Notes: a model not told the origin generated them from the sequence alone. 16,546 bases of DNA from Candidatus Methylomirabilales bacterium (GCA_046758505.1 JBHIAH010000057.1:1-16546), one strand, 5' to 3'; positions 8,245 to 16,075 are shown, counted from the stretch's first letter. Program-made: numbers and translations.

Positions 8245-9219
8245 TTACACGCGATACAACTCGGCCACCCACTCCCTGTAGCCGTTATACAAAAGCGTTG
8301 GGCGGTACTCGCCGGTGTCGATCATCCGCTCCCGGGCCTGAGACCACCGGGGATGGGGGACGGACGGGTTGACGTTGGCCCAGAAGTCGTATTCGTCAGG
8401 GGCAAGCGTATTCCAAAAGGTGGCGGGCTGCTCGGCGGTAAACTCGATCCGCACGATGGATTTCGCACTCTTGAACCCATACTTCCACGGGGTGATCAGG
8501 CGGAGGGGCGCGCCATGTTGCTTCGGCACGGGGTGGCCGTAGATGCCGGTGACAAGCAGGGTCAACGCGTTCATGGCCTCGGCCCTGGTGAGCCCCTCGG
8601 TATAGGGCCATGGGTAGTCCCGATCTCCCTGGCGCGAGGCCTCCTTTGGGCGATGAAACGTCGTGAAGCGGACATAGCGAGCCGCCGAGAGCGGCTCCAC
8701 CAACTTGATGAGGGCCCGCATCGGAAAGCCGGTCCATGGCACCGCCATGGCCCAGGCCTCCACACAGCGAAAGCGGTAGAGCCGTTCTTCGAGGGGCATC
8801 TGGCGGATCAGCGCGGCCACGTCGTAGATCCGTGGCCTCGGGACCAGGCCGGCGATCTCCACCTGCCAGGGATGCGTTGTTAATCGGGCCGAGAGATTCC
8901 AGAGTTTCTTCCCCGAGCTGAACTCGTAGAAGTTATTGTACGAGGCGGCGATCAGCTCGGGGGTCAGCGGGCGATCGAGGCTGTAGCGGCGATTTCGGGG
9001 GGCCGGATACCGATCGGCGACCGGCGGCTTCTCCTGGACACCCGTAGCGACCGGATCGCCGGTCGCGATGAGGTCGCACCCCGGCAAGATTCCGCTGGCC
9101 GCGCCCAGCCCGAGAAAACCGAGGGCTTTTAGGACCCTCCGCCGATCCCAGTACACATGCTCGGGCGTCGCCTGACGTTCCGGAATCTCCCACCCTTTCC
9201 GGATGTGGATTGACGGCAT
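8245..9219 (-). CDS. msrP: Protein-methionine-sulfoxide reductase catalytic subunit (molybdoenzyme, YedY family)
   Basis: SYNNFYEF, RFRCVEAWAM (Mo-ligand Cys), HGAPLRLITPWKYGFKSAKSI, HPRWSQARER; Tat-like RRRVLK motif. Confidence 0.95.
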   Translation of the reverse strand: MPSIHIRKGWEIPERQATPEHVYWDRRRVLKALGFLGLGAASGILPGCDLIATGDPVATGVQEKPPVADRYPAPRNRRYSLDRPLTPELIAASYNNFYEFSSGKKLWNLSARLTTHPWQVEIAGLVPRPRIYDVAALIRQMPLEERLYRFRCVEAWAMAVPWTGFPMRALIKLVEPLSAARYVRFTTFHRPKEASRQGDRDYPWPYTEGLTRAEAMNALTLLVTGIYGHPVPKQHGAPLRLITPWKYGFKSAKSIVRIEFTAEQPATFWNTLAPDEYDFWANVNPSVPHPRWSQARERMIDTGEYRPTLLYNGYREWVAELYRV

Positions 9220-9287
9220 TTGCGAATCTCCCGCGTCCGTTCGGTGTGCCTCGCCGGTATCCGCTAATCCTCCCCCACTCCATCACC

Positions 9288-9317
9288 ATGCTAGCCGAGG
9301 ATTGGAAGCAGCGTCAA
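9288..9317 (-). promoter_or_regulatory. Putative sigma70 promoter for msrP
   Basis: Minus strand TTGACG-N18-TAGCAT, about 70 nt upstream of the msrP start. Confidence 0.45.
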
Positions 9318-9367
9318 CTTCCATTTCCGCGTAGCACATCTTCCACAGTGGCGAACGGGCGGAGGCG

Positions 9368-10225
9368 CTATGAAGTGCCGCCGGCCAGGAGCTCGGCATA
9401 GCCTTCACGGAAGGTGGAATATTGGAATACGTACCCCGAATCGACCAGTGTGGTGTTGCGGCAGCGTTTGTTGCCCCGCTGCCGCCGCGGGGCGGCGCCT
9501 GACGGTTTCTCAACGCGAGGGGGAGGAACGCCAAGTCGTGTCGCCAACCAGCGGAGGACCTCACACTCTTCGGCCGGCTCATGATCCACACCGATGTAGA
9601 GCTCGTGTGGATCCTGCAACATCATGAGATGCCTCAGGACCCCGGTACAGTCGTCCCGGTGAATGCGGTTCGTGTAAAGGGGGGGACCATCCGTGCACAC
9701 GGCCCGACCCTCCCGCACACGCCGGATCAGCCCCTCCCTGCCGGGCCCGTAGATGCCACCGAGCCGGACGACCGTCGCACGAAATGGACTCCCCAACAGC
9801 AGGCGCTCTGCCTCGAGCATCCGAACCCCCGAGAAATGCACCGGATCGGTGGCCGAGCGCACATCCACCCAGTCTCCATCTGCTTGGGCGTAGACTGTGG
9901 TGCTCGACGTAAAGAAAACACGCCTGGGACGCTGGCGCTGGCTTTGGAGCGCATCGAGCACATGGCGCACACCGTCGACGTAGGTGGCCCGGTAATCCTC
10001 GTCGCTTGAGACATCGGGTGCCGCGGTGTAGAAGACGAAATCCAACGTCCCAGGCAGGTCCTGGAGCGTTTCCGGAGCCGTCAGATCCCCGGCGAGGGGA
10101 CGAATCCCGGAGGGCAACCCTCCCGGATCCCGACGCAAACCCCAGACCACGTGCCCATCTGCTGCCAGGCGCAAGCCGAATGCCGTACCGACATAGCCAC
10201 ATCCGGCGATGAGTACCCGCGCCAT
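9368..10225 (-). CDS. Atypical SDR / NAD-dependent epimerase-dehydratase family protein (YeeZ-like)
   Basis: VLIAGCGYVG Rossmann motif, FTSSTTVY, RLGGIYGPGR, TNRIHRDD; RBS GGAGG (10236-40) supports ATG 10225. Confidence 0.9.
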   Translation of the reverse strand: MARVLIAGCGYVGTAFGLRLAADGHVVWGLRRDPGGLPSGIRPLAGDLTAPETLQDLPGTLDFVFYTAAPDVSSDEDYRATYVDGVRHVLDALQSQRQRPRRVFFTSSTTVYAQADGDWVDVRSATDPVHFSGVRMLEAERLLLGSPFRATVVRLGGIYGPGREGLIRRVREGRAVCTDGPPLYTNRIHRDDCTGVLRHLMMLQDPHELYIGVDHEPAEECEVLRWLATRLGVPPPRVEKPSGAAPRRQRGNKRCRNTTLVDSGYVFQYSTFREGYAELLAGGTS

Positions 10226-10252
10226 GCCGATCAAACCTCCTTGAAACACGAA

Positions 10253-10279
10253 AGCCCGCGGCGGAATCGCCCGCGGGCT
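10253..10279. repeat. REP-like GC-rich hairpin
   Basis: AGCCCGCGG-N9-CCGCGGGCT, perfect 9-bp stem just upstream of the SDR RBS. Confidence 0.5.
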
Positions 10280-10311
10280 ATTTCTCCACCCTCAAGCAGC
10301 CTGCCATGACC

Positions 10312-10336
10312 GAGCCCTGAGCATGTCGAAGGGCTC
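10312..10336. repeat. REP-like hairpin of CCTTCG..GCTnnGG type
   Basis: Minus strand GAGCCCTTCGACATGCTCAGGGCTC; 7-bp outer stem; shares a core with hairpins at 12022-12153. Confidence 0.5.
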
Positions 10337-10507
10337 CCCAAATGTGTCGGGCTACTAACCGGCCCGGCGTCGCGGAGCCCGAGGTCTATTTTCGCATCGT
10401 CCACGTCTCCCTGCAAGGGCAGAACGGCCCGGGGGGGGGGGACACGAACCGCCGCCACTTTCCCCTATCTACCGACGCCTGCAAACACGCCGACGCCGAC
10501 ATGGCGC

Positions 10508-10554
10508 TTGACAGGTGTTGTGGAATTGAGTACGATTGTCTCGTAATTCGCAAC
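10508..10554 (+). promoter_or_regulatory. Sigma70 promoter of the MNT-HEPN operon overlapped by an imperfect inverted repeat
   Basis: TTGACA(10508-13)-N17-TACGAT(10531-36); GTTGTGGAATT...TACGA-N5-TCGTA-ATTCGCAAC spans the -10 region. Confidence 0.75.
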
Positions 10555-10567
10555 GAGTGGAGACCCG

Positions 10568-11170
10568 ATGACGCCGGTTTCTCTGACGCTCAAGTACCTG
10601 TTCTCCTCGAAGCTCCGGGTGAAGGTCCTCGCGCACTTCTTCCTCCGCCCGGGCGAGGCATTCCACGTGCGCCGCCTGGCGGCGGAGCTGGAGGAGTCCG
10701 CCGGGAGCGTTGCGCGCGAACTCGCCCACCTGGAGGAGGCGGGCGTTCTCTCCTCCCACGCCGTGGGCAACCAGAAGCACTACGCCCTGCGGGCGGACAA
10801 CCCGATCCTGGAGGACCTGCGCAACCTCTTTCTGAAGACCTCCGGGGCGAGCGTGGAGCTCAAGTCCGCGCTGGAAGGGATCGCGGGCGTGGAGGTCGCC
10901 TTCATCTATGGCTCCTATGCCAGCGGCGAGGCGCACGCCGCCAGCGACATCGACCTGATGGTGATCGGGGAGGTGTCCGACCGCAGGCTGGCGCCAGCCG
11001 TCGCCCGGGTGGAGCGACGCCTGAAGCGGCGGATCAACTACACCCTCTACACGCGCGGCGAGGCGGAGAGGCGGCTCGGGAAGAAGGGTGCGTTCGTGCA
11101 CGAGGTCCTCGCCGGTCCCAAGATCGTTTTGCTCGGAAACAGCGATGACCGACTATTCCGAGTTGCTTGA
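10568..11170 (+). CDS. Winged-HTH + minimal nucleotidyltransferase (MNT) antitoxin
   Basis: N-terminal LFSSKLRVKVL...HVRRLAAEL...SVARELAHLEEAGVL (wHTH); AFIYGSYASG...SDIDLMVIG (Pol-beta NTase GS-x10-DxD). Confidence 0.9.
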   Translation: MTPVSLTLKYLFSSKLRVKVLAHFFLRPGEAFHVRRLAAELEESAGSVARELAHLEEAGVLSSHAVGNQKHYALRADNPILEDLRNLFLKTSGASVELKSALEGIAGVEVAFIYGSYASGEAHAASDIDLMVIGEVSDRRLAPAVARVERRLKRRINYTLYTRGEAERRLGKKGAFVHEVLAGPKIVLLGNSDDRLFRVA

Positions 11171-11582
11171 CGCGGGCCGCGTGAAGCGGGGCCTGTTTGC
11201 CCGGCGGCAGGTGGAGGACTGCCTGCGCGTCGCCCGGCGCGACCTGGAAACGGCCCGGATCGTGATCGAGATCAGCCCCGAGTGGGCCTTCAACATCGCC
11301 TACAACGCCATGCACCAGGCCGGAAGGGCGTTCATGTTCCAGGCAGGCTACCGCGCAACGGGCGAGGGACACCACGCGACGGTCGTCCGCTTCCTGGAGA
11401 TCGCCTGGGGGGCCGACTTCGAGGACACCCTGGCGCTCTTGGACCGGATGCGGCGCAAGAGGAACCGGGCGACCTACGACATGGTAGGGACCATCTCCCG
11501 GAAAGAAGCCGGCGAGGCGATCTCCGCAGCCGAGGAGTTTGCGGCCGAGATCGCGCGGCGCGTCCGGAAACGCGGACGATGA
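11145..11582 (+). CDS. HEPN domain protein (putative toxin)
   Basis: ARRDLETA...AYNAMHQAGRA...GHHATVVRF...RRKRNRATYD helical HEPN pattern; ATG 11145 overlaps the MNT gene by 26 nt. Confidence 0.88.
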   Translation: MTDYSELLDAGRVKRGLFARRQVEDCLRVARRDLETARIVIEISPEWAFNIAYNAMHQAGRAFMFQAGYRATGEGHHATVVRFLEIAWGADFEDTLALLDRMRRKRNRATYDMVGTISRKEAGEAISAAEEFAAEIARRVRKRGR

Positions 11583-11612
11583 CCGCCCCCGATCCCGCGA
11601 GAAGCACCTTCT

Positions 11613-11667
11613 CTCTTCCGGTGCTCTTCCGGTGTCAGACTTGCCTAAATTGCTTAAGTCTTCCGGT
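11613..11667. repeat. Tandem 11-bp direct repeat plus partial third copy
   Basis: CTCTTCCGGTG at 11613-23 and 11624-34; TCTTCCGGT at 11659-67; AGACTT/AAGTCT inverted pair at 11637-42 and 11656-61. Confidence 0.6.
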
Positions 11668-11768
11668 CCCAATCTTGGTTACGGGCGCGGATGCGGCGCC
11701 GTCGGCAGAATCGCAAATCGCAAGCCAGGTACCGACATTCAGAAACTGGGTGGTCAATTTAAGAGACA

Positions 11769-12011
11769 CTACCAGAGATGGCGGTTTGCGAAAGCCTGAC
11801 CGGAACCGGTTTTGAGGTAGCGTTCGAACTCTTGGGCGCGCCTCGTATCTGCAAATGCCGCATAGGTGACCAGACGCCAGGGACGATATTTGTGGGTGTG
11901 TTCACCTTTGCCTGCATTGTGTTCGGCAACGCGGCGCTTCAGATTATTGGTGGAACCGATGTAGCGGCGGTCAGGATGACGAATGCTTCGGAGAAGATAG
12001 ACGTAGTACAT
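11769..12011 (-). CDS. Stand-alone GIY-YIG nuclease family protein (80 aa)
   Basis: MYYVYLLRS...RYIGSTNNLKRRVAEHNAG...HTHKYRPW...AQEFERYLKTGSG: GIY/YIG tyrosines, conserved Arg/His and catalytic Glu. Confidence 0.92.
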   Translation of the reverse strand: MYYVYLLRSIRHPDRRYIGSTNNLKRRVAEHNAGKGEHTHKYRPWRLVTYAAFADTRRAQEFERYLKTGSGQAFANRHLW

Positions 12012-12021
12012 CAGTGCCTGT

Positions 12022-12153
12022 CCCCCTTCGCTCCCCTAGGGGGAGCTTCGGGGGCCACCCTTCGCTGCTTGTCATCCGATATCCTGGAGTCTGAAACGGC
12101 TGGCCTGCCACCCGTAGCTCGACCGAGTCAAGCGAGGACGAGCGAAGGGTGGC
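12022..12153. repeat. Pair of oppositely oriented internal-loop hairpins between tRNA-Asn and GIY-YIG
   Basis: A: CCCCC-TTC-GCTCCCC-TAG-GGGGAGC-TTC-GGGGG (12022-54). B: GCCACCC-GTA-GCTCG...CGAGC-GAA-GGGTGGC (12107-53). 13-bp perfect inverted repeat 12054-66 / 12141-53. Confidence 0.8.
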
Positions 12154-12224
12154 TCCCCGGGCAGGACTCGAACCTGCAGCCTAGCGGTTAACAGCCGCTC
12201 GCTCCACCATTGAGCTACCGGGGA
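12150..12224 (-). tRNA. tRNA-Asn (GTT)
   Basis: TCCCCGG acceptor stem, TAGCTCAATGGTGGAGC D-arm, AGCGG-CTGTTAA-CCGCT anticodon arm, GGTTCGAGTCC T-arm, encoded CCA. Confidence 0.97.
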
Positions 12225-12233
12225 ATTCAACTC

Positions 12234-12262
12234 ATGCTACCGTAAAATCGGAGGGCGGTCAA
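12234..12262 (-). promoter_or_regulatory. Sigma70 promoter for tRNA-Asn
   Basis: Minus strand TTGACC-N17-TAGCAT ending 9 nt before the tRNA 5' end. Confidence 0.7.
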
Positions 12263-12294
12263 CCGACAGGGGGTGTGCGAATCAGGCCTGGGGG

Positions 12295-12882
12295 TTATGT
12301 CCTTTTCTGCAACTCTTGCAGGACGAGCTTGGCGGCGGCCTTCAGCGTCTCAAACACGCCGGTCCCTTCGGGGGCAACCGCCTCAAACCAGGGAAGGTTG
12401 CGGGGATTGAGGGCCTTTTGCAGCTCATCAACGGGGACCGCGCTCGGGAGGTCACGCTTGTTGTACTGGATCACCAGGGGGATCTTCTCCGGGTCGATCC
12501 CCTGCTCCGCTAGGTGCTGCGTCATATCCGCCATGCTCTGGATGTTCGCCTCGACACGCTCGAGCTGTGAATCGGCGACAAAGACCACCCCATCGGCCCC
12601 CCTCAGAATAAGCTTCCGGCTGGCCTCGTAGAAGATCTGGCCGGGAACCGTGTAGAGGTGGAAACGTGTCTTGAAGCCCCGAATCGTTCCCAGTTCCAAC
12701 GGCAGGAAATCAAAAAACAACGTCCGCTCTGTCTCCGTGGCCAGCGAGATGAGCTTGCCCTTTGTCTCGGGGTCTACCCTCTTGTAAATGTGCTGCAGGT
12801 TCGTCGTCTTCCCGCAGAGACCCGGGCCGTAGTAGACCAGCTTACAGTTGATCTCCCGGGCCGCGTAATTGATGAAGGACAT
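12295..12882 (-). CDS. mglA: MglA small Ras-like GTPase
   Basis: [44 protein letters not shown] (intrinsic Arg), LYTVPGQ, QYNKRDL. Confidence 0.96.
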   Translation of the reverse strand: MSFINYAAREINCKLVYYGPGLCGKTTNLQHIYKRVDPETKGKLISLATETERTLFFDFLPLELGTIRGFKTRFHLYTVPGQIFYEASRKLILRGADGVVFVADSQLERVEANIQSMADMTQHLAEQGIDPEKIPLVIQYNKRDLPSAVPVDELQKALNPRNLPWFEAVAPEGTGVFETLKAAAKLVLQELQKRT

Positions 12883-12885
12883 TCC

Positions 12886-13392
12886 TCATCCCGTCTCAAA
12901 GAGGTTCTCGACGTCGTCGTCCGTGATATCGCCCATCGCCGACTCCGAGGCGAGGCCACCCTCTCCCGGAAGCTGCTGCGGCCGCCGGGAGAGGTCGTCG
13001 AAAATTTCGTCGATCTCCCTGGCGTATCTCTTGACCTGCAGCCGGACGAGCGCGACGGCGGATTTCTGGTCTAACAGAACCAGGAGGATTGCGCGCCCCC
13101 CGATCAACGAGAGATGAAGACGCTTCCGCTCCCCATCGTAGAAGATGAACGAAAACTCCTTCTCGCCCAACAGCTGGGCGAGCGCACCGGCGGCCGCGAT
13201 GCTGCCCGCGGCCAGGCTCGCCAACGGCGTGGTATCCAGGCCGTCCGTATCTCCAACGCTGGCGATCAGCTGCCCACTCGGGTCGATGAGGAGGACCGCC
13301 GTGCTCCGGGCTTTCCGGTGCAGGGTGGCAAGGCACTCATTGATCCGGCTCAGGTCTTCCTCGTAGATGATGAGATCGGCTATCGAAGCCAC
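12886..13392 (-). CDS. mglB: MglB roadblock/LC7 protein (GAP for MglA)
   Basis: IIYEED...LLIDPSGQLIA...LASLAAGSIAAAGALAQLLGEKEF...DITDDDVENLF; adjacent to mglA; GGAGG RBS before GTG. Confidence 0.93.
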   Translation of the reverse strand: MASIADLIIYEEDLSRINECLATLHRKARSTAVLLIDPSGQLIASVGDTDGLDTTPLASLAAGSIAAAGALAQLLGEKEFSFIFYDGERKRLHLSLIGGRAILLVLLDQKSAVALVRLQVKRYAREIDEIFDDLSRRPQQLPGEGGLASESAMGDITDDDVENLFETG

Positions 13393-13446
13393 AACCCCTC
13401 CGCGGCACCGCGCGAAAATCCGCGTTCAACTTTCATGCCAGCCACC

Positions 13447-14052
13447 CTACCCCATCTCGCGCCGCCCGTCCAGGGCCCGGCCCAACGTGACCTCGTCTGC
13501 GTACTCCAGATCCCCCCCGACCGGGAGGCCGTGGGCAATCCGGGTAACCCGCACCCCAAGCGGCGCAATCAGGCGGGCCAAGTAAAGCGCCGTGGCTTCT
13601 CCCTCCACGTTCGGATTGGTGGCCAGGATGACCTCCTTCACCTCCCCCGAGTTCAAGCGCCCGACGAGCCCCTTGGCGGTGATCTGATCCGGCCCCCGAC
13701 CTTCGATGGGTGAGAGGGCCCCCTGCAGGACATGATACCGCCCCTTAAACGTGCCGGTGCGCTCGATGGCCAAGAGATCGTTGGGCTCTTCCACGACGCA
13801 GAGGATGCTGGTGTCGCGGGTCGGGTCCTGGCAGATCACGCACTGCTCCTCCTCGGCGATGTTATAGCAGCGCTCGCAGACCCGGATCTTCTCTTTCACC
13901 TCCACAATGGCCTCGGCAAGCTTCATGACCTCCTCCCGCGAGGCCTTGAGGAGGTAAAAAGCGAGGCGCTGGGCCGTCTTGGCACCCACCCCTGGCAGGC
14001 GCATCAAGACATCCACCAGGCGGTTGAGGGGGGAGACGTATCGGATGGCCAT
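13447..14052 (-). CDS. recR: Recombination mediator RecR
   Basis: LPGVGAKTAQRLAF HhH, C4 zinc finger, CVVE Toprim, ATNPNVEGEATALY, GLPVGGDLEYADEVTL. Confidence 0.97.
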   Translation of the reverse strand: MAIRYVSPLNRLVDVLMRLPGVGAKTAQRLAFYLLKASREEVMKLAEAIVEVKEKIRVCERCYNIAEEEQCVICQDPTRDTSILCVVEEPNDLLAIERTGTFKGRYHVLQGALSPIEGRGPDQITAKGLVGRLNSGEVKEVILATNPNVEGEATALYLARLIAPLGVRVTRIAHGLPVGGDLEYADEVTLGRALDGRREMG

Positions 14053-14058
14053 GGGTCC

Positions 14059-14370
14059 TCACACGAGTCCCGGCAGGTTCAGCCCGCCGGTCAACCGTCC
14101 CATCTCGGTGCTCAGGAGCTCTCGGGCCCGCCGCAAGGCCTCGTTGGTGGCGGCCAGGATGAGGTCCTGCAGCATCTCCAGGTCTCCGCCCTGGGCCACC
14201 TCCGGGTCGATCGTAATCGCCACAATCTCCCCCCGACCGTCGGCCGTCACCGTCACCATCCCTCCACCGGCCGAGCCCTCCACCCGCCGTGCGGCCGCCG
14301 TCTCCTGAATCCGCTCGAGCTCCGCCTTCATCTGCTGGGCCTGCTTCAAGAAATCGCCGAATCCCTTCAT
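14059..14370 (-). CDS. ybaB: YbaB/EbfC nucleoid-associated protein
   Basis: KQAQQM...GSAGGGMVTVTADG...DLEMLQDLILAATNEA; between dnaX and recR with ATGA overlap to dnaX. Confidence 0.95.
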   Translation of the reverse strand: MKGFGDFLKQAQQMKAELERIQETAAARRVEGSAGGGMVTVTADGRGEIVAITIDPEVAQGGDLEMLQDLILAATNEALRRARELLSTEMGRLTGGLNLPGLV

Positions 14371-15986
14371 GGCTCACCTCGGTGAGACACCACGTCATTT
14401 CCCTCCTCGACCTCCACGATTCGACCCCCAAAGAGCTCCAACGCCTCTTGGACCATGGGGTGGTTCCGGGCCGAGATCCGGGCGGGTTCCCCTTCCGGCT
14501 TCCCTCCCGCCGCCGGGAGAAAGCGATAAGTCACGTGGAGGTGCCTGCCAAAGACCGCAGAAGCGGTCGCGGCGACCAGGTTTCGGACTTCCGGGTCCTC
14601 CAGGGTGGACCGATAAAAATGATTTCCGTTCGTAAAGGTCAGGGTTAACGTTTCTCCTTCCAGCGCGACTTCGGCCTCGGCCAGCAGGACCGCCAAAGAA
14701 CGCCGCTCTACACCGATCCGCCGCTGCACCTCGTCCCACTGGCCCTCAAGCCCGGTCGCCGCCGCCGGGGGACTCGGCTGCGTGGTCTCCTCGCCGGCCG
14801 TGAAAAGCCCGGGCTGCGGATCGGGACGATCGGGCGGAGCCCCGAGGCGGCCCTCTAGCGACTCCAGGCGCCTGACGAGGCTTCCAAGGGACTGAAGCCC
14901 CCGTGCCTCGGCCATCCGAACGACGGCCATCTCCAGCACATACCGTGGTTGGGATGCCCGCCGCATTTCCCCGTCAGCATCCAACAAGAAGCGAAGGGCC
15001 AGCTCCACGTGCGGTATCTCCACATGCTCCCCCTGGCGCTCGAGTTTCCGCGCGGCCTCCGGGGTAAGCCCGAGGATGTCCCCTGCCTTCGGGGTCAGCT
15101 TGACGACCAGGAGGGAGCGAAGATATTCCAACAGATCAACGAGAAAAGCCCGAAGGTCTGTGCCCTTGGCGGCGAGTTCCCCGACGAGCTCCACCGCCCT
15201 GCCGGCCTCACCCGCAAAGCAGGCCGCCGCCACCGCCTCGACCACCTCCGGGGCGGTCCACCCCAAGACAGCCGCCACCGCCTCGGCAGTCACACGCTGG
15301 CCTGCATAGGCAATCACCTGATCCAGAATGCTCTGGGCATCGCGCAGGCTCCCGTCGGCTGCCCGCGCCACACCGGCCAAGGCCTCGGGCGTCACCTCCA
15401 CCATCTCCCCCCCGGCAATCGCCTTGAGACGTTCCACCAGCAGGCGCTGGCCGATCCGCCGAAAATCATGCCGTTGGCAGCGGGAGTGGATCGTGGGGGG
15501 GACCTTGTGCGGTTCGGTCGTAGCCAGGATAAAGACCACCTTGCGCGGCGGCTCCTCCAGGGTCTTCAGTAAGGCATTGAAGGCCGAGAGGGAGAGCATA
15601 TGGACTTCATCTATGATGTAGACCTTAAAGCGACCCCTGACCGGCTGGTACACGAGCTGTTCCTGGAGGTCCCGCACGTGTTCCACGCCGGTGTGCGAGG
15701 CGCCATCGATCTCCACACAGTCTATGGCAGCGCCCCCCGTGATCTCCTGGCAGCTGAGACACTCGTTACAGGGCTCGGGCGTTGGCCCCTTGTCGCAGTT
15801 CAGGGCCTTGGCCAATATTCGCGCCGTGGTCGTCTTCCCGACTCCCCGAGGACCCGCAAAAAGAAACGCGTGGGCCACGCGGCCTTGACGGATGGCATTG
15901 GTGAGGGTCCGGGTGACCGGCTCCTGCCCTACAATTTCGGCGAAGGTCTGGGGACGCCAGCGCCTGGCGAGCACCTGATACGACAT
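14367..15986 (-). CDS. dnaX: DNA polymerase III subunit gamma/tau
   Basis: MSYQVLARRWRPQTF, Walker A GPRGVGKTT, zinc-binding Cys cluster, IIDEVHML, SRC motif, GSLRDA. Confidence 0.97.
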   Translation of the reverse strand: MSYQVLARRWRPQTFAEIVGQEPVTRTLTNAIRQGRVAHAFLFAGPRGVGKTTTARILAKALNCDKGPTPEPCNECLSCQEITGGAAIDCVEIDGASHTGVEHVRDLQEQLVYQPVRGRFKVYIIDEVHMLSLSAFNALLKTLEEPPRKVVFILATTEPHKVPPTIHSRCQRHDFRRIGQRLLVERLKAIAGGEMVEVTPEALAGVARAADGSLRDAQSILDQVIAYAGQRVTAEAVAAVLGWTAPEVVEAVAAACFAGEAGRAVELVGELAAKGTDLRAFLVDLLEYLRSLLVVKLTPKAGDILGLTPEAARKLERQGEHVEIPHVELALRFLLDADGEMRRASQPRYVLEMAVVRMAEARGLQSLGSLVRRLESLEGRLGAPPDRPDPQPGLFTAGEETTQPSPPAAATGLEGQWDEVQRRIGVERRSLAVLLAEAEVALEGETLTLTFTNGNHFYRSTLEDPEVRNLVAATASAVFGRHLHVTYRFLPAAGGKPEGEPARISARNHPMVQEALELFGGRIVEVEEGNDVVSHRGEP

Positions 15987-15996
15987 CAGTATCCTC

Positions 15997-16070
15997 GTTC
16001 ACGGTTCACGGTTCACGGAAAACCCACGGCTACGTCATTTACTGCGAACCGTGAACTATGAACTCTGAAC
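15997..16070. repeat. Heptamer-based palindromic element between SRP RNA and dnaX
   Basis: (GTTCACG)x3 ... GCGAACC GTGAACT ATGAACT CTGAAC; abuts the dnaX RBS. Confidence 0.85.
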
Positions 16071-16075
16071 CAAAA

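Noticed and set aside
10328..10339. GAAGGGCTCCCC as a duplicated tRNA-Asn 3' end (att site)
   Set aside because: Only about 8 contiguous nt match and they are explained by the local hairpin; no integrase in the window.
10431..10441. G11 homopolymer as a phase-variation tract
   Set aside because: Not in a credible CDS or promoter spacer (about 65 bp upstream of the -35); could be sequencing noise.
11709..11723. AATCGCA x2 heptamer
   Set aside because: Only two units and no inverted partner arm.
14367..15986. Programmed frameshift producing the gamma subunit
   Set aside because: No A-AAA-AAG slippery site or long A-run seen on the coding strand.
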